A stretch of DNA of 64,000 nt from Hyphomonadaceae bacterium (GCA_019753175.1 JAIELK010000026.1:19251-83250), one strand, 5' to 3'. Positions 21,007 through 29,608 are shown, counted from the stretch's first letter. The notes: generated from the letters alone by a model not told the origin. Numbers and translations: made by a program.

Positions 21007-22524
21007 ATGGCGGACGCTTCCTTCGACGGCGGCGCGCTCGACAGCTTCGACGGCATGATCACCGGCGAAGAGGCGCAATTGCTTCATCGTCTCGCGGCGG
21101 AGCTTGAAGCGGGCTGCATCGTGGAGATCGGATCGTGGCGCGGCAAGTCGGCAATCGCCATGGCGATGGGCGCCCGACTGCAGCCGCCCGACCGGCGATC
21201 CATCGTGTACTGCGTTGAACCACATGCGGAATTCATCGGGCTTTATGGCGGACGCTTCGGCCCGGATGACCGCAAGGCGTTTTTCGAGGCGGTCCTGCGC
21301 GCCGACTGCGCGGACGCTGTGGCGCTGATCAACCTGCCGAGCGCGGCGGCAGGGAGAGCGTGGTCACAGCCGATCGGGATGCTGTTCATTGACGGCGACC
21401 ACAGCGTGGAGGGGGTCAAGGCGGACGTGGAGCTGTGGACGCCGTTCCTGGTCGATGGCGGCTACATCGTCTTCGACGATGCGCTTGATCCCGAGGCCGG
21501 TCCCGCGCATGCGATTGCCCGCTTGCTGGCGTCAGGGCGATACGCGCGCGCCTGCGCCGCCGGCAAGGTGGTGGCGTTGCAGAAGCTCCCCGACACCGAA
21601 GCGGAACGGGCGGAGCGCACTCGCCGCAACGCCGCGGCCGCGGTTCGCGTGCGCGCGCTTGCAGCTGGATACGATCCCGAGGTCGCCGTGCGGAGGCTGT
21701 CGTACGGGTCGTTCGTCTCGCTGAAGCATCGCTACGTCTATGTGGAAACGCCGAAGGCGGCCTGCACCTCCTGGAAAAGGGTGATCGCGCGTGTCGAGCA
21801 GGCAAGTGTCGAAGAGAATTCTCCACCTTACCATCGCGAGAGCCGGTTGGAGATGCTTATCCATCAGCGGCGCTATGTCGACATCCCGACATTGCTCGAC
21901 GTTGAGGAAAGCGAACACGCCGCCATCCTCGATGGCGATCCCGAGTGGTTCGTGTTCGGGCTCTGCCGCAATCCGTACAGTCGGGTGGTGTCGGTGTTCG
22001 AAAACAAGGTTCGGCTGCGCGAGCCTCACTACGCCGATCTCCATCGCCGCTATGGCGGGGCCGGCGCTTACGCCGAGGTCAAGCAAGCGTTCGCTGCGTT
22101 TGTGCGCGAGGTCGTGAGCGTGGCGGCGTTCCGTAACGCCGATGCGCACCTGTGCCCGCAAACGGATCTGCTGATGCCTCGCCTCATGCCGTACACCAAA
22201 TTATTCAAAGTGGAGGAGATGGACGCGGCGTTGAATGCGTTCTCATCGCATCTGGCCGCTCACGGCTGCCAACAGGGCGTCACCCTGGAGCGCTTGAACG
22301 AAACCGTATCGTGGCCATGGCGCGCGTACTATGATGAGTTGAGCGCGGCCGCCGTCGCATCGGCCTATGAGCAGGATTTTGCGGCGTTCGGCTATGATCG
22401 CAGTGATTGGCGCAGCGACGCGAATGCAACCTCTCCTCCGGTTGATGAGAGCGCGTGGCGGGCGCAGGTCGTCGATCGCAACGCCATGATCGACCGGCTG
22501 TACGATTGGCTCGCGCAGCGCTAG
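21007..22524 (+). CDS. fusion protein: N-terminal class I methyltransferase (Methyltransf_24-like) plus C-terminal carbohydrate-sulfotransferase-like domain (Sulfotransfer_2-like)
   Basis: The N-terminal part has CIVEIGSWRGKSA...MLFIDGDHSVEGVKADVELW...GGYIVFDD. The C-terminal part has YVYVETPKAACTSWKRV (5'-PSB) and FGLCRNPYSRVVSVFENKV (3'-PB), closely resembling CHST-type motifs. ATG 21007 is preceded by AGGTGAGAG. Confidence 0.78.
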   Translation: MADASFDGGALDSFDGMITGEEAQLLHRLAAELEAGCIVEIGSWRGKSAIAMAMGARLQPPDRRSIVYCVEPHAEFIGLYGGRFGPDDRKAFFEAVLRADCADAVALINLPSAAAGRAWSQPIGMLFIDGDHSVEGVKADVELWTPFLVDGGYIVFDDALDPEAGPAHAIARLLASGRYARACAAGKVVALQKLPDTEAERAERTRRNAAAAVRVRALAAGYDPEVAVRRLSYGSFVSLKHRYVYVETPKAACTSWKRVIARVEQASVEENSPPYHRESRLEMLIHQRRYVDIPTLLDVEESEHAAILDGDPEWFVFGLCRNPYSRVVSVFENKVRLREPHYADLHRRYGGAGAYAEVKQAFAAFVREVVSVAAFRNADAHLCPQTDLLMPRLMPYTKLFKVEEMDAALNAFSSHLAAHGCQQGVTLERLNETVSWPWRAYYDELSAAAVASAYEQDFAAFGYDRSDWRSDANATSPPVDESAWRAQVVDRNAMIDRLYDWLAQR

Positions 22525-25500
22525 ATGTTCGCCAGCTTACGGATGGTCGATCTCAGCTGCGGATTGCGCTGCATCTCGCGCCGGACGCTCGCCAGCAGCT
22601 TGTCCTGAAACGACGCCTGCGACTTGCCGGTCTCGTCCAGCTCCACACCGCCGGCGAGCATGGCGATGACGATGTCGTACATGAGCCCGACATCGCGCCG
22701 GAACGCCTCCCGCTCTGTGTGGGCCTGCACGAAGCCAGGCGGCGGGGCGCCTTCAGGGGACTGGGCGAGTTCCTGGCGGAGCCGTTCGGCTGCGGCGCGC
22801 GCGTACGCTGACGCTTTCTCGGGGTCCTTGATGTAGTCGGAAACGGCTTGCCACGCGGCGCGGCGGCGAAACCAGCTCTGCTGCAGGCGCGCCGGTTCGA
22901 TCAGGTGCTCGACCGTGGCGTCTGGAGCGTAGATCGCGATGCGGCCAGCGTCGACAAAGCGGTCGATAACCGCGCTCTCTTCGTTGGACAGCAAAGCCGC
23001 GCCGGCGCCCACACGACCCAAGGCGCGCGAAAAGCCGCCGAGCGCAAGGAGCGTGTCGCGCTCGAACGCAATGTTGCATCCAGCCAGCCATTCGGTCTTG
23101 CCGAGTGGCCGCGTCCGCCCGCCCCAATCGACAATCGAGAGATTGCCGATGAGTTCATCCGGCAGCCAGTCGGGCCTCGGCGCGATCCAGCGGGGCGTGA
23201 TACGCCCGCCAACTACACCGGCTTTGGGACTGAACTGGCGGAACGCCGCGACGACATTGCGCGCCCAGTCCGAGGCAGCTACCGCGTCGTCATCGATATA
23301 CGCGACGTAGCGCGCGCTGCACGCCAGGGCGCCCACATTGCGGGCGTTGGACAGTCCGGGAATCGGTTCGAGCAAGTAGCGCACTCGCGTGCCCGCATAG
23401 CGCGCAGCGAAGCGGGCGGCCTCGGTCTGGTCCGGCGAGTTGTCAACGACGATGATGTCGAGGTCGTTTGCGTCAATGTCCTGCTGTAGCACCGACTCGA
23501 TCGCACCCGGCAAGACATCGTAGCGATTGTACGTGCAGATCACTGCCGCCAGCGGATGCGTTACGGGGACTGCGCGCGCCAGTGCTACCGCTGGCGCCGG
23601 CGTGGCTTTTCGCGCGAGCGGCGGCAGCTCCCATAAGGCGCCCTCCAACGATCCGGTGAGCGGAGGCGCTGATGGCGCCACGGTCATGTCGCCGAAGCTG
23701 GGTTGTGCGCGCAGGATCGCTTGTCGCCAATGCGCACGGTAGGCGTCGGGTGAGACATTGCGCTCATAGAGCGCGATGGCCGCTTCCGCACGGCGGCGCA
23801 ATGCGGCGTTATCCGTGAGCAGCTCGACCAGATCTGCGGCGAGGGCTTGCGGCGTCGCCGCCATCACGCGCTCGTAGCCAGTGACGTCGAGCCCGCGCAT
23901 GCTGACCGAGGTCGCGACGAACGGGCGGCCAAAGCGGAGCGCATCCAGCGCCTTGATCGAAACGCCGCTCGCTTCTTGGTCGGCGACCGCGAGCACACGG
24001 GCGCGGCCGAAAAAGTCGCCAAGCTCGTCGACGAAGTCGGCGAAGACCACGTTGTGGAGCCTCCGCAGGCGATCGGGGAGTAAGCGGGTGACGCGGCCGA
24101 TTACAGCGATGCGCGCTTGCTGGAGCGTGTCGTCCAGTGGGCGAACCCGGTCGAAGAACCACTCCACCGCGCGCGCATTGGCCCGGTGCCAGTCACCCCA
24201 CAGCAAGACATCGATGGTTTCGCGCTCGGCAAAGGCGGCGCTTAATTGGTTCGCGGTCACGACATCTGACCACGGTCGGAGCGTCATGTTTGCTTTCGGG
24301 GCCGCTGGGGCGATTAGAAACGCGGCCTTGGCGTGTGGGGCTATCGCATCGTGGTCCGCGGCGGTGAGGTTCACGCAGACGTCCGCGCGCCGCCAGAGGT
24401 CGCGCTGGTCTGAGTCCCGCATCGCGCGCGGTTCGCTGCCTAGATCGACGAAAGGGGGCCAGCCGTGGCTTTCGAGTTGCTGCAGCACGACGTCGTGGGT
24501 TTCAAGCACGACGGGGGCGGCGGACAGCCGTTGGGCGAACGCCATGTGGAAGGCGTGATTAACAACCGTGAGCTGCGCCGCGCGCGTGGCCCAGGCCAAG
24601 ACATCGGCGTCTTGCGGGTCTCTCGGTTTCGCCAACGAAAGCTCAAGTTCCAGCCTACGCACAGCTGATCGTCGTTTGTAGTCCTCCGTGCGACGCAGCT
24701 TTCTTTGATCGGCAGACCTCGCGGGGCGAACGGCGACGGCAAACAGATGCGGGCGGACCTCCGCCAGATCCTCTCGCAACAACGCGTCTCCGACGTGTCT
24801 CGGGCGATCGTGATGTTCGACAAACACCCGTGCGACGATGGCGCCGCCCTCAATCAGCGCCTCCGTTTGCGCATCGAAAACGGCTGAGCTGCCGACACGG
24901 CCCCAAAGTGCGGTAACCAACAGCACGACCGGGCCGAAGGCTTTGACCTCGAAAGAGGGCGAACCATTGAGCTCGCCGCTTCGGACGGCATCGATAAAAG
25001 CGGCGACGTCGCACCCACTGATCGCCTTCACATCGGCGCGCAGCGATTGGGATAGATGTGTGGCGGCGTCAGCGCTTGCCGCGCACAGAATGACCGCGGT
25101 GCAAGGTGAGCTGCTGCGGAGCTTATCAGCCAATAGACTGAGGTGGCGCTCGCTGGCGGCGAAGCCTTGGGCAAAGAAAATGTAGAGCGTCGATGGCGTT
25201 GGGCGAGCGAGGCCAAGTCGCCACACAAGGCTGAACAGGGGGTCGAAGTCTTCGATCGTTTTTGCCGTCCACGCAATGGCGTCGTCGGCAGTCAGCGTCA
25301 GCTCTTTACGTGTATGCTGAGCGCGCTCCTTGCGCGCAAATTGAGTCTGTCGTTTCGCGTGCTGGGGCGGCGCCAGCTCAAAGCCGAGCAGTCGAGTGGT
25401 GAAGTCCGCGGCTGGAAACAAAAAAAGCCGATAGCACGCCGACCACAGACGCTTGGCCGCAGCGAGCGCCGAAAGAACCATCCGGGTGAGTGATTGGGCG

Positions 25501-25934
25501 CTCCGCCGGTAGGCGCGCTCCAACACGCGCGCGGCTGGGCTGCACAGCGCATAGGCGGCCCAGTACACGCGGTTAAGGGCGCCAGCGACGCGTTCAAGGA
25601 TAGGAAACGCATACGACCAGAAGAGGCGCTTCAGAATCCTCGCCGATGGCCCGCACAGTGCGTAGGCGCGCCAGTAGAGCCAAACAAAAGGGCGGGAAGC
25701 AAAAAAGAGAAAACTCGCGCCAACGAAGCGCGCTCGGTATCCGATCCTGATCGCCAACCAGATTGGCACCGCGAGCACGACACTCGGGCTGCGACGCTCT
25801 TCGCGCCACACACGCCGCGACCAATCATCAAGGGACTCGATGAGATTCTGTCGGTCCGCTGCACCGCCGGTGAAGCTTTGAGACGTCAACTCGACGTTGC
25901 TAAACGTTCGGCGTGGCTGCCTGGACTCCCCCAC
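22521..25934 (-). CDS. 1137-aa multidomain glycosyltransferase: repeat-containing hydrophobic N-terminus, unknown domain, GT1/GT4-like domain, C-terminal GT2 domain
   Basis: GTG start. The N-terminus has an internal duplication (YWRAYALCGPSARILKRLF / YWAAYALCSPAARVLERAY). The central GT-B-like region is (...VVLETHDVV...VLAVADQEASGVSIKALDALRFGRPFV). The C-terminal GT-A domain is (AAVICTYNRYD...IIVVDNSPD...LSNARNVGALACSARYVAYIDDDA). Confidence 0.8.
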   Translation of the reverse strand: MGESRQPRRTFSNVELTSQSFTGGAADRQNLIESLDDWSRRVWREERRSPSVVLAVPIWLAIRIGYRARFVGASFLFFASRPFVWLYWRAYALCGPSARILKRLFWSYAFPILERVAGALNRVYWAAYALCSPAARVLERAYRRSAQSLTRMVLSALAAAKRLWSACYRLFLFPAADFTTRLLGFELAPPQHAKRQTQFARKERAQHTRKELTLTADDAIAWTAKTIEDFDPLFSLVWRLGLARPTPSTLYIFFAQGFAASERHLSLLADKLRSSSPCTAVILCAASADAATHLSQSLRADVKAISGCDVAAFIDAVRSGELNGSPSFEVKAFGPVVLLVTALWGRVGSSAVFDAQTEALIEGGAIVARVFVEHHDRPRHVGDALLREDLAEVRPHLFAVAVRPARSADQRKLRRTEDYKRRSAVRRLELELSLAKPRDPQDADVLAWATRAAQLTVVNHAFHMAFAQRLSAAPVVLETHDVVLQQLESHGWPPFVDLGSEPRAMRDSDQRDLWRRADVCVNLTAADHDAIAPHAKAAFLIAPAAPKANMTLRPWSDVVTANQLSAAFAERETIDVLLWGDWHRANARAVEWFFDRVRPLDDTLQQARIAVIGRVTRLLPDRLRRLHNVVFADFVDELGDFFGRARVLAVADQEASGVSIKALDALRFGRPFVATSVSMRGLDVTGYERVMAATPQALAADLVELLTDNAALRRRAEAAIALYERNVSPDAYRAHWRQAILRAQPSFGDMTVAPSAPPLTGSLEGALWELPPLARKATPAPAVALARAVPVTHPLAAVICTYNRYDVLPGAIESVLQQDIDANDLDIIVVDNSPDQTEAARFAARYAGTRVRYLLEPIPGLSNARNVGALACSARYVAYIDDDAVAASDWARNVVAAFRQFSPKAGVVGGRITPRWIAPRPDWLPDELIGNLSIVDWGGRTRPLGKTEWLAGCNIAFERDTLLALGGFSRALGRVGAGAALLSNEESAVIDRFVDAGRIAIYAPDATVEHLIEPARLQQSWFRRRAAWQAVSDYIKDPEKASAYARAAAERLRQELAQSPEGAPPPGFVQAHTEREAFRRDVGLMYDIVIAMLAGGVELDETGKSQASFQDKLLASVRREMQRNPQLRSTIRKLANI

Positions 25935-26068
25935 AGCGGTTTTTCCTAGCCAAGGTCTCTAGTGCGTCTGACCGAGCGCCCGTGGCCAAACGGACGCACG
26001 GGGTGTCTCCGTCGTGGAGGACCCGGCCTGCGATTGTCACATGAACTCTCGGTGAGCGTCGCCCGCGG

Positions 26069-26141
26069 TGCCGCCTGAGGGACTCGAACCCCCGACCCCC
26101 TGATTACAAATCAGGTGCTCTACCAGCTGAGCTAAGGCGGC
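26069..26141 (-). tRNA. tRNA-Thr (anticodon UGU)
   Basis: The reverse complement is GCCGCCTTAGCTCAGCTGGTAGAGCACCTGATTTGTAATCAGGGGGTCGGGGGTTCGAGTCCCTCAGGCGGCA. The anticodon loop is TTTGTAA. The genome continues CCG, so CCA is not fully encoded. Confidence 0.9.
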
Positions 26142-26308
26142 GCGGCGGTCCTTTTGCCAGCGTCACGGCGAACACGGAAGTGCGCAAAAGCCTGTGAGGT
26201 CCCGAGGTCGCAGCTTTGCGAGGCGGGGATAATGTGGTTAACCGCCATCTGCGCCTGCACATGGGGCATCAGGCGCAGACGCGGGCAAGCGCGCGAAGAG
26301 GTGGGCTC

Positions 26309-27793
26309 ATGAGCTTCTGGGGTTCCGTTTTCCGCGCCATCTTTGGCTCCCGAGGCTCGCGCACGTCGCCGCCACCACCGCCGCAGACGCCGCCGCCAGC
26401 TAGACCGCCGGCAGCGCCTCCCGCACCACCGCCACCACCGGCAACGCCTCCCGCACCACCGCCACCGCCGGCCTCGCCGCCTGCTGCGCCACCACCGCCG
26501 GCAACGCCTCCCGCGCCACCGCCACCGCCGGCTGAGCCGCCACCCCCGCCGCCGGTCACTCCCCCCACAGCGGACGCCACCACGCCTCCACCCGGATTTT
26601 CGCTCGACGCGCTGCGGGCGCAGGATCCGACGCGGCTACTCGACGATGCACTCATAGCCGCCGCGCAAGCGCTTGGTTTTGACGCCAACGTGCTCAAAGC
26701 CATTCTTCGCGTTGAAAGCGGCGGTCCGGGTTTTTCGGGCGGGCGCTTGCTGATCTCGTTCGAACCATTCTTCTTCAGCGAAGCGACCGGCGGTCAGTTC
26801 GACGCGTCGCATCCAACGATTTCGAACCAGAGCCGTGCGCCGCTCGGCGGCAACCAAGCGTCGCGCTGGACGAAGCTCGGGGAAGCCTATGCGCTCGATC
26901 CCGACGCTGCGCTCGGCGCCACCAGCTGGGGCGCGTTCCAGCTGCCCGGGCGCTATTATGCGGCGGCCGGTCATCCAAGCGTCTTTGCCTTCGTTCAGGA
27001 CATGGCTCAGTCGGAAGCGCGCCAACTCGCTGCGTTTCAGGCCTACGTCACGCGCGCGTCGCTCGTCGACGAATTGCAGCGTCGCGACTGGGTCGGGTTC
27101 GCCGGTGAGTTCGAGGGCGGTCCTAACGCGGCTGCGTACGCAACGGCGCTCGCCAACGCCTTCGCGGCGCTGCCAGCGCTGCTCGACCCCTATCTCTCGA
27201 CGCTACGGAAACAAAACAACGATCCCTTGCGACGCGCGGACTTCGAAGCCATCGCGGCCAATATGGGCGTCGAATGGGAAGCGCTGGCCGCGGTTGCGGA
27301 AGTAGAGTCCGGACCGCTTGGCGGTTTCACCAGCGACGGCAAACCGGTGATCCTGTTCGAGCGCCACCTGTTTTCGCGCAAAACCAACTCGCGCTTCGAC
27401 GCCAGCCACCCGACTATCTCCAACCGCACGCCCGGCGGCTATCCGCGCACGCAGGCCGAGCGTTGGGCGCAGCTGGAGCTGGCCTATTCGCTCGATCCGC
27501 TGGCGGCGCTGGAAAGCGCGAGTTATGGCCGCTTTCAGGTGCTGGGGCAGAACTACCCGAACCTCGGTATGGCGAATGCGAAAGACTATGTCGCCAAGCT
27601 CGCGCGTTCGGAACGCGACCAGCTTGAAGCGTTCGAAGGCTTCGTGCGCGCCAACAATCTCATCGATGAGCTACAGCGCAAGGACTGGGCGGGCTTCGCC
27701 AGCCGCTATAACGGCCCAGCGTACGCCGTGAATCGCTACGACGAGAAGATGGCGGAAGCGTATGCACGGCTGAAGGCGACACCGATCGCGTGA
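26309..27793 (+). CDS. proline-rich protein with two tandem DUF3380-type N-acetylmuramidase domains
   Basis: ATG 26309 is preceded by AGAGGTGGG. The N-terminus MSFWGSVFRAIFGSRGSR is followed by about 65 aa of PPPPxxPP repeats. Domain 2 is canonical (VAEVESGPLGGF...ILFERHLFS...SYGRFQVLGQNY...RYNGPAYAVNRYDEKM). Domain 1 is diverged (RVESGGPGF...SFEPFFFS...SWGAFQLPGRYY...EFEGGPNAAAY). Confidence 0.8.
   Translation: MSFWGSVFRAIFGSRGSRTSPPPPPQTPPPARPPAAPPAPPPPPATPPAPPPPPASPPAAPPPPATPPAPPPPPAEPPPPPPVTPPTADATTPPPGFSLDALRAQDPTRLLDDALIAAAQALGFDANVLKAILRVESGGPGFSGGRLLISFEPFFFSEATGGQFDASHPTISNQSRAPLGGNQASRWTKLGEAYALDPDAALGATSWGAFQLPGRYYAAAGHPSVFAFVQDMAQSEARQLAAFQAYVTRASLVDELQRRDWVGFAGEFEGGPNAAAYATALANAFAALPALLDPYLSTLRKQNNDPLRRADFEAIAANMGVEWEALAAVAEVESGPLGGFTSDGKPVILFERHLFSRKTNSRFDASHPTISNRTPGGYPRTQAERWAQLELAYSLDPLAALESASYGRFQVLGQNYPNLGMANAKDYVAKLARSERDQLEAFEGFVRANNLIDELQRKDWAGFASRYNGPAYAVNRYDEKMAEAYARLKATPIA
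26366..26595 (+). repeat. in-frame low-complexity CCG/CCA-rich tandem repeat encoding the poly-proline tract
   Basis: The units ccaccgccggcaacgcctcccgc(a/g)ccaccgccacc recur at least three times. The translation is PPPPPQTPPPARPPAAPPAPPPPPATPPAPPPPPASPPAAPPPPATPPAPPPPPAEPPPPPPVTPP. Confidence 0.7.
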
Positions 27794-27836
27794 CCCGCTT
27801 GCTGGCGTGTCTTAAGCGCTCTAGGTAGCGGGCTCC

Positions 27837-29543
27837 ATGGCCCGTTACCTGATCACCTCCGCGCTGCCTTACATCAATGGCATCAAGCATCTGGGCAATC
27901 TCGCCGGCTCGATGCTGCCTGCGGATGTGCACGCACGCTTCCGGCGCCTACAAGGCCACGAGGTGCTGTTCATCTGCGCGACCGACGAACACGGCACGCC
28001 GGCTGAGCTCGCGGCGGCGGAAGCAGGCCAAGACGTGCGCGCCTATTGCGATGCGCAGTACCAAATCCAGAAGGCCGCCTGCGACGGTTTCCGTCTGTCG
28101 TTCGACCACTTCGGGCGCTCATCCAACCCGCCGAACCATCAGCTGACACAGCACTTCTGCGAGGCGTTGGAGAAAAATGGCCTGATCGAAGAACGCGTGT
28201 CGAAGCAGATCTATTCGATCGACGACAGGCGCTTTCTGCCCGATCGCTACGTTGAAGGCACGTGCCCGGTGTGCGCCTTCGAACGCGCGCGCGGCGATCA
28301 ATGCGACAATTGCGGCACGCTGCTCGATCCGATTGAGCTGAAGAACCCACGCTCGAAGATCTCCGGGTCAACCAATGTCGAACCGCGCGACACCGCGCAT
28401 CTGTTCTTGAAGCAGCCGCTGATGCAGGAGCGCATCCGAGCGTGGGTGGATCAGAGTACGGAATGGCCGCCGCTTGCGCGTTCGATCGCCTACAAATGGC
28501 TGGACGAGGGCCTGATCGATCGCTCCATTACCCGCGATCTGTCTTGGGGTGTGAAGGTTACGCAAACCGGCAAGCCACGGCCCGGCTTTGAGAACAAGGT
28601 CTTCTACGTCTGGTTCGACGCGCCGATCGAGTACATCGGCGCGACAGTCGAATGGGCGGACGTGACCGGCGCTGAGTGGGAGCGCTGGTGGCGCGAAGAC
28701 AAAGGCGCCGACGATGTCACCTACGTTCAGTTCATGGGCAAGGACAACGTCGCCTTTCACACCGTGAGCTTTCCGGTGACGATCATGGGATCGGGCGAGC
28801 CGTGGAAACTTGTTGATCGTCTGAAGGCGTTCAATTGGGTGACCTGGTACGGCGGAAAATTCTCGACCAGCGAGAAGCGCGGCATCTTTATGGATCAGGC
28901 GCTCGAATTGCTGCCAAGCGATTACTGGCGCTGGTATCTGATGGCGAACGCGCCGGAATCGAGCGACGCGGCCTTCACGTTGGAGCAATTCCAGCAGACC
29001 ATTAACGCCGATCTCGCCAACGTATTCGGCAATTTCGTCAACCGCATCACGCGCTTTGCGGCGTCGAAATTCGAGGGCAAAGTGCCTGACGGAGGGACGC
29101 CGGGGCCGGCTGAGGCGACTCTGGCGGCGGAGTTCTACCAGCGGCTCGAGGCGCTCACCCATTTCCATGAGCAAATGGAGTTTCGCAAAGCCGCTGCCGA
29201 GCTGCGCGCACTATGGGCGGCCGGTAACGAGTACCTCCAAGTCGCCGCGCCCTGGACAGCGTTCAAGACCGACCGCGACGCAGCCGCTGTTGGCGTGCGC
29301 ACCGGGTTGAACCTCGTCGTGCTGTACGCGATCCTGGCGCAACCTTTCATCCCTGACGCGGCGAAGGCCGTGCTCGATGCTATGAACGTGCCCGACGGCA
29401 ACCGAAGGTGGCCGCTGGCAAGCGATAAGGCGCTGCTCGATGCGCTTCCCCGGGGATTAGCGTTCACGCCGCCGGACGTGCTGTTCAAAAAGATTGAAGA
29501 CGAGCACATTGCCGCCTGGTCGGAGCGCTTCGGGGCAGGGTGA
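27837..29543 (+). CDS. metG: methionine-tRNA ligase
   Basis: 568 aa. It has [18 protein letters not shown] (HIGH-type), a zinc knuckle [18 protein letters not shown], and KFSTSEKRG (KMSKS-type). Confidence 0.95.
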   Translation: MARYLITSALPYINGIKHLGNLAGSMLPADVHARFRRLQGHEVLFICATDEHGTPAELAAAEAGQDVRAYCDAQYQIQKAACDGFRLSFDHFGRSSNPPNHQLTQHFCEALEKNGLIEERVSKQIYSIDDRRFLPDRYVEGTCPVCAFERARGDQCDNCGTLLDPIELKNPRSKISGSTNVEPRDTAHLFLKQPLMQERIRAWVDQSTEWPPLARSIAYKWLDEGLIDRSITRDLSWGVKVTQTGKPRPGFENKVFYVWFDAPIEYIGATVEWADVTGAEWERWWREDKGADDVTYVQFMGKDNVAFHTVSFPVTIMGSGEPWKLVDRLKAFNWVTWYGGKFSTSEKRGIFMDQALELLPSDYWRWYLMANAPESSDAAFTLEQFQQTINADLANVFGNFVNRITRFAASKFEGKVPDGGTPGPAEATLAAEFYQRLEALTHFHEQMEFRKAAAELRALWAAGNEYLQVAAPWTAFKTDRDAAAVGVRTGLNLVVLYAILAQPFIPDAAKAVLDAMNVPDGNRRWPLASDKALLDALPRGLAFTPPDVLFKKIEDEHIAAWSERFGAG

Positions 29544-29608
29544 TGGACCTGGACGAGGCACACGCCGGTCTTTAAGAATTCGAAGCGGGAGCGAGGGCTT
29601 CGGCCCGG

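Noticed and set aside
22521-22524. Convergent gene pairs sharing a palindromic CTAG that serves as the stop codon on both strands (also at 32350-32353).
   Set aside because: It is real in the sequence but occurs only twice. It is most simply a coincidence of TAG stops in compact convergent genes, and no functional implication can be supported.
13810-26068. Calling the island a mobile element (integrative element or prophage remnant).
   Set aside because: I found no integrase, transposase, phage or conjugation gene. I also found no direct repeat of a tRNA 3' end at the far border. Only the tRNA adjacency and the composition suggest acquisition, so it is reported as a finding rather than annotated as a mobile_element.
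26366-26595. A CCG/CCA-rich tandem repeat that could be taken for a CRISPR-like or VNTR array.
   Set aside because: It is in frame inside a well-supported CDS and encodes polyproline. There is no repeat-spacer architecture and there are no cas genes. No CRISPR array was seen anywhere in the window.
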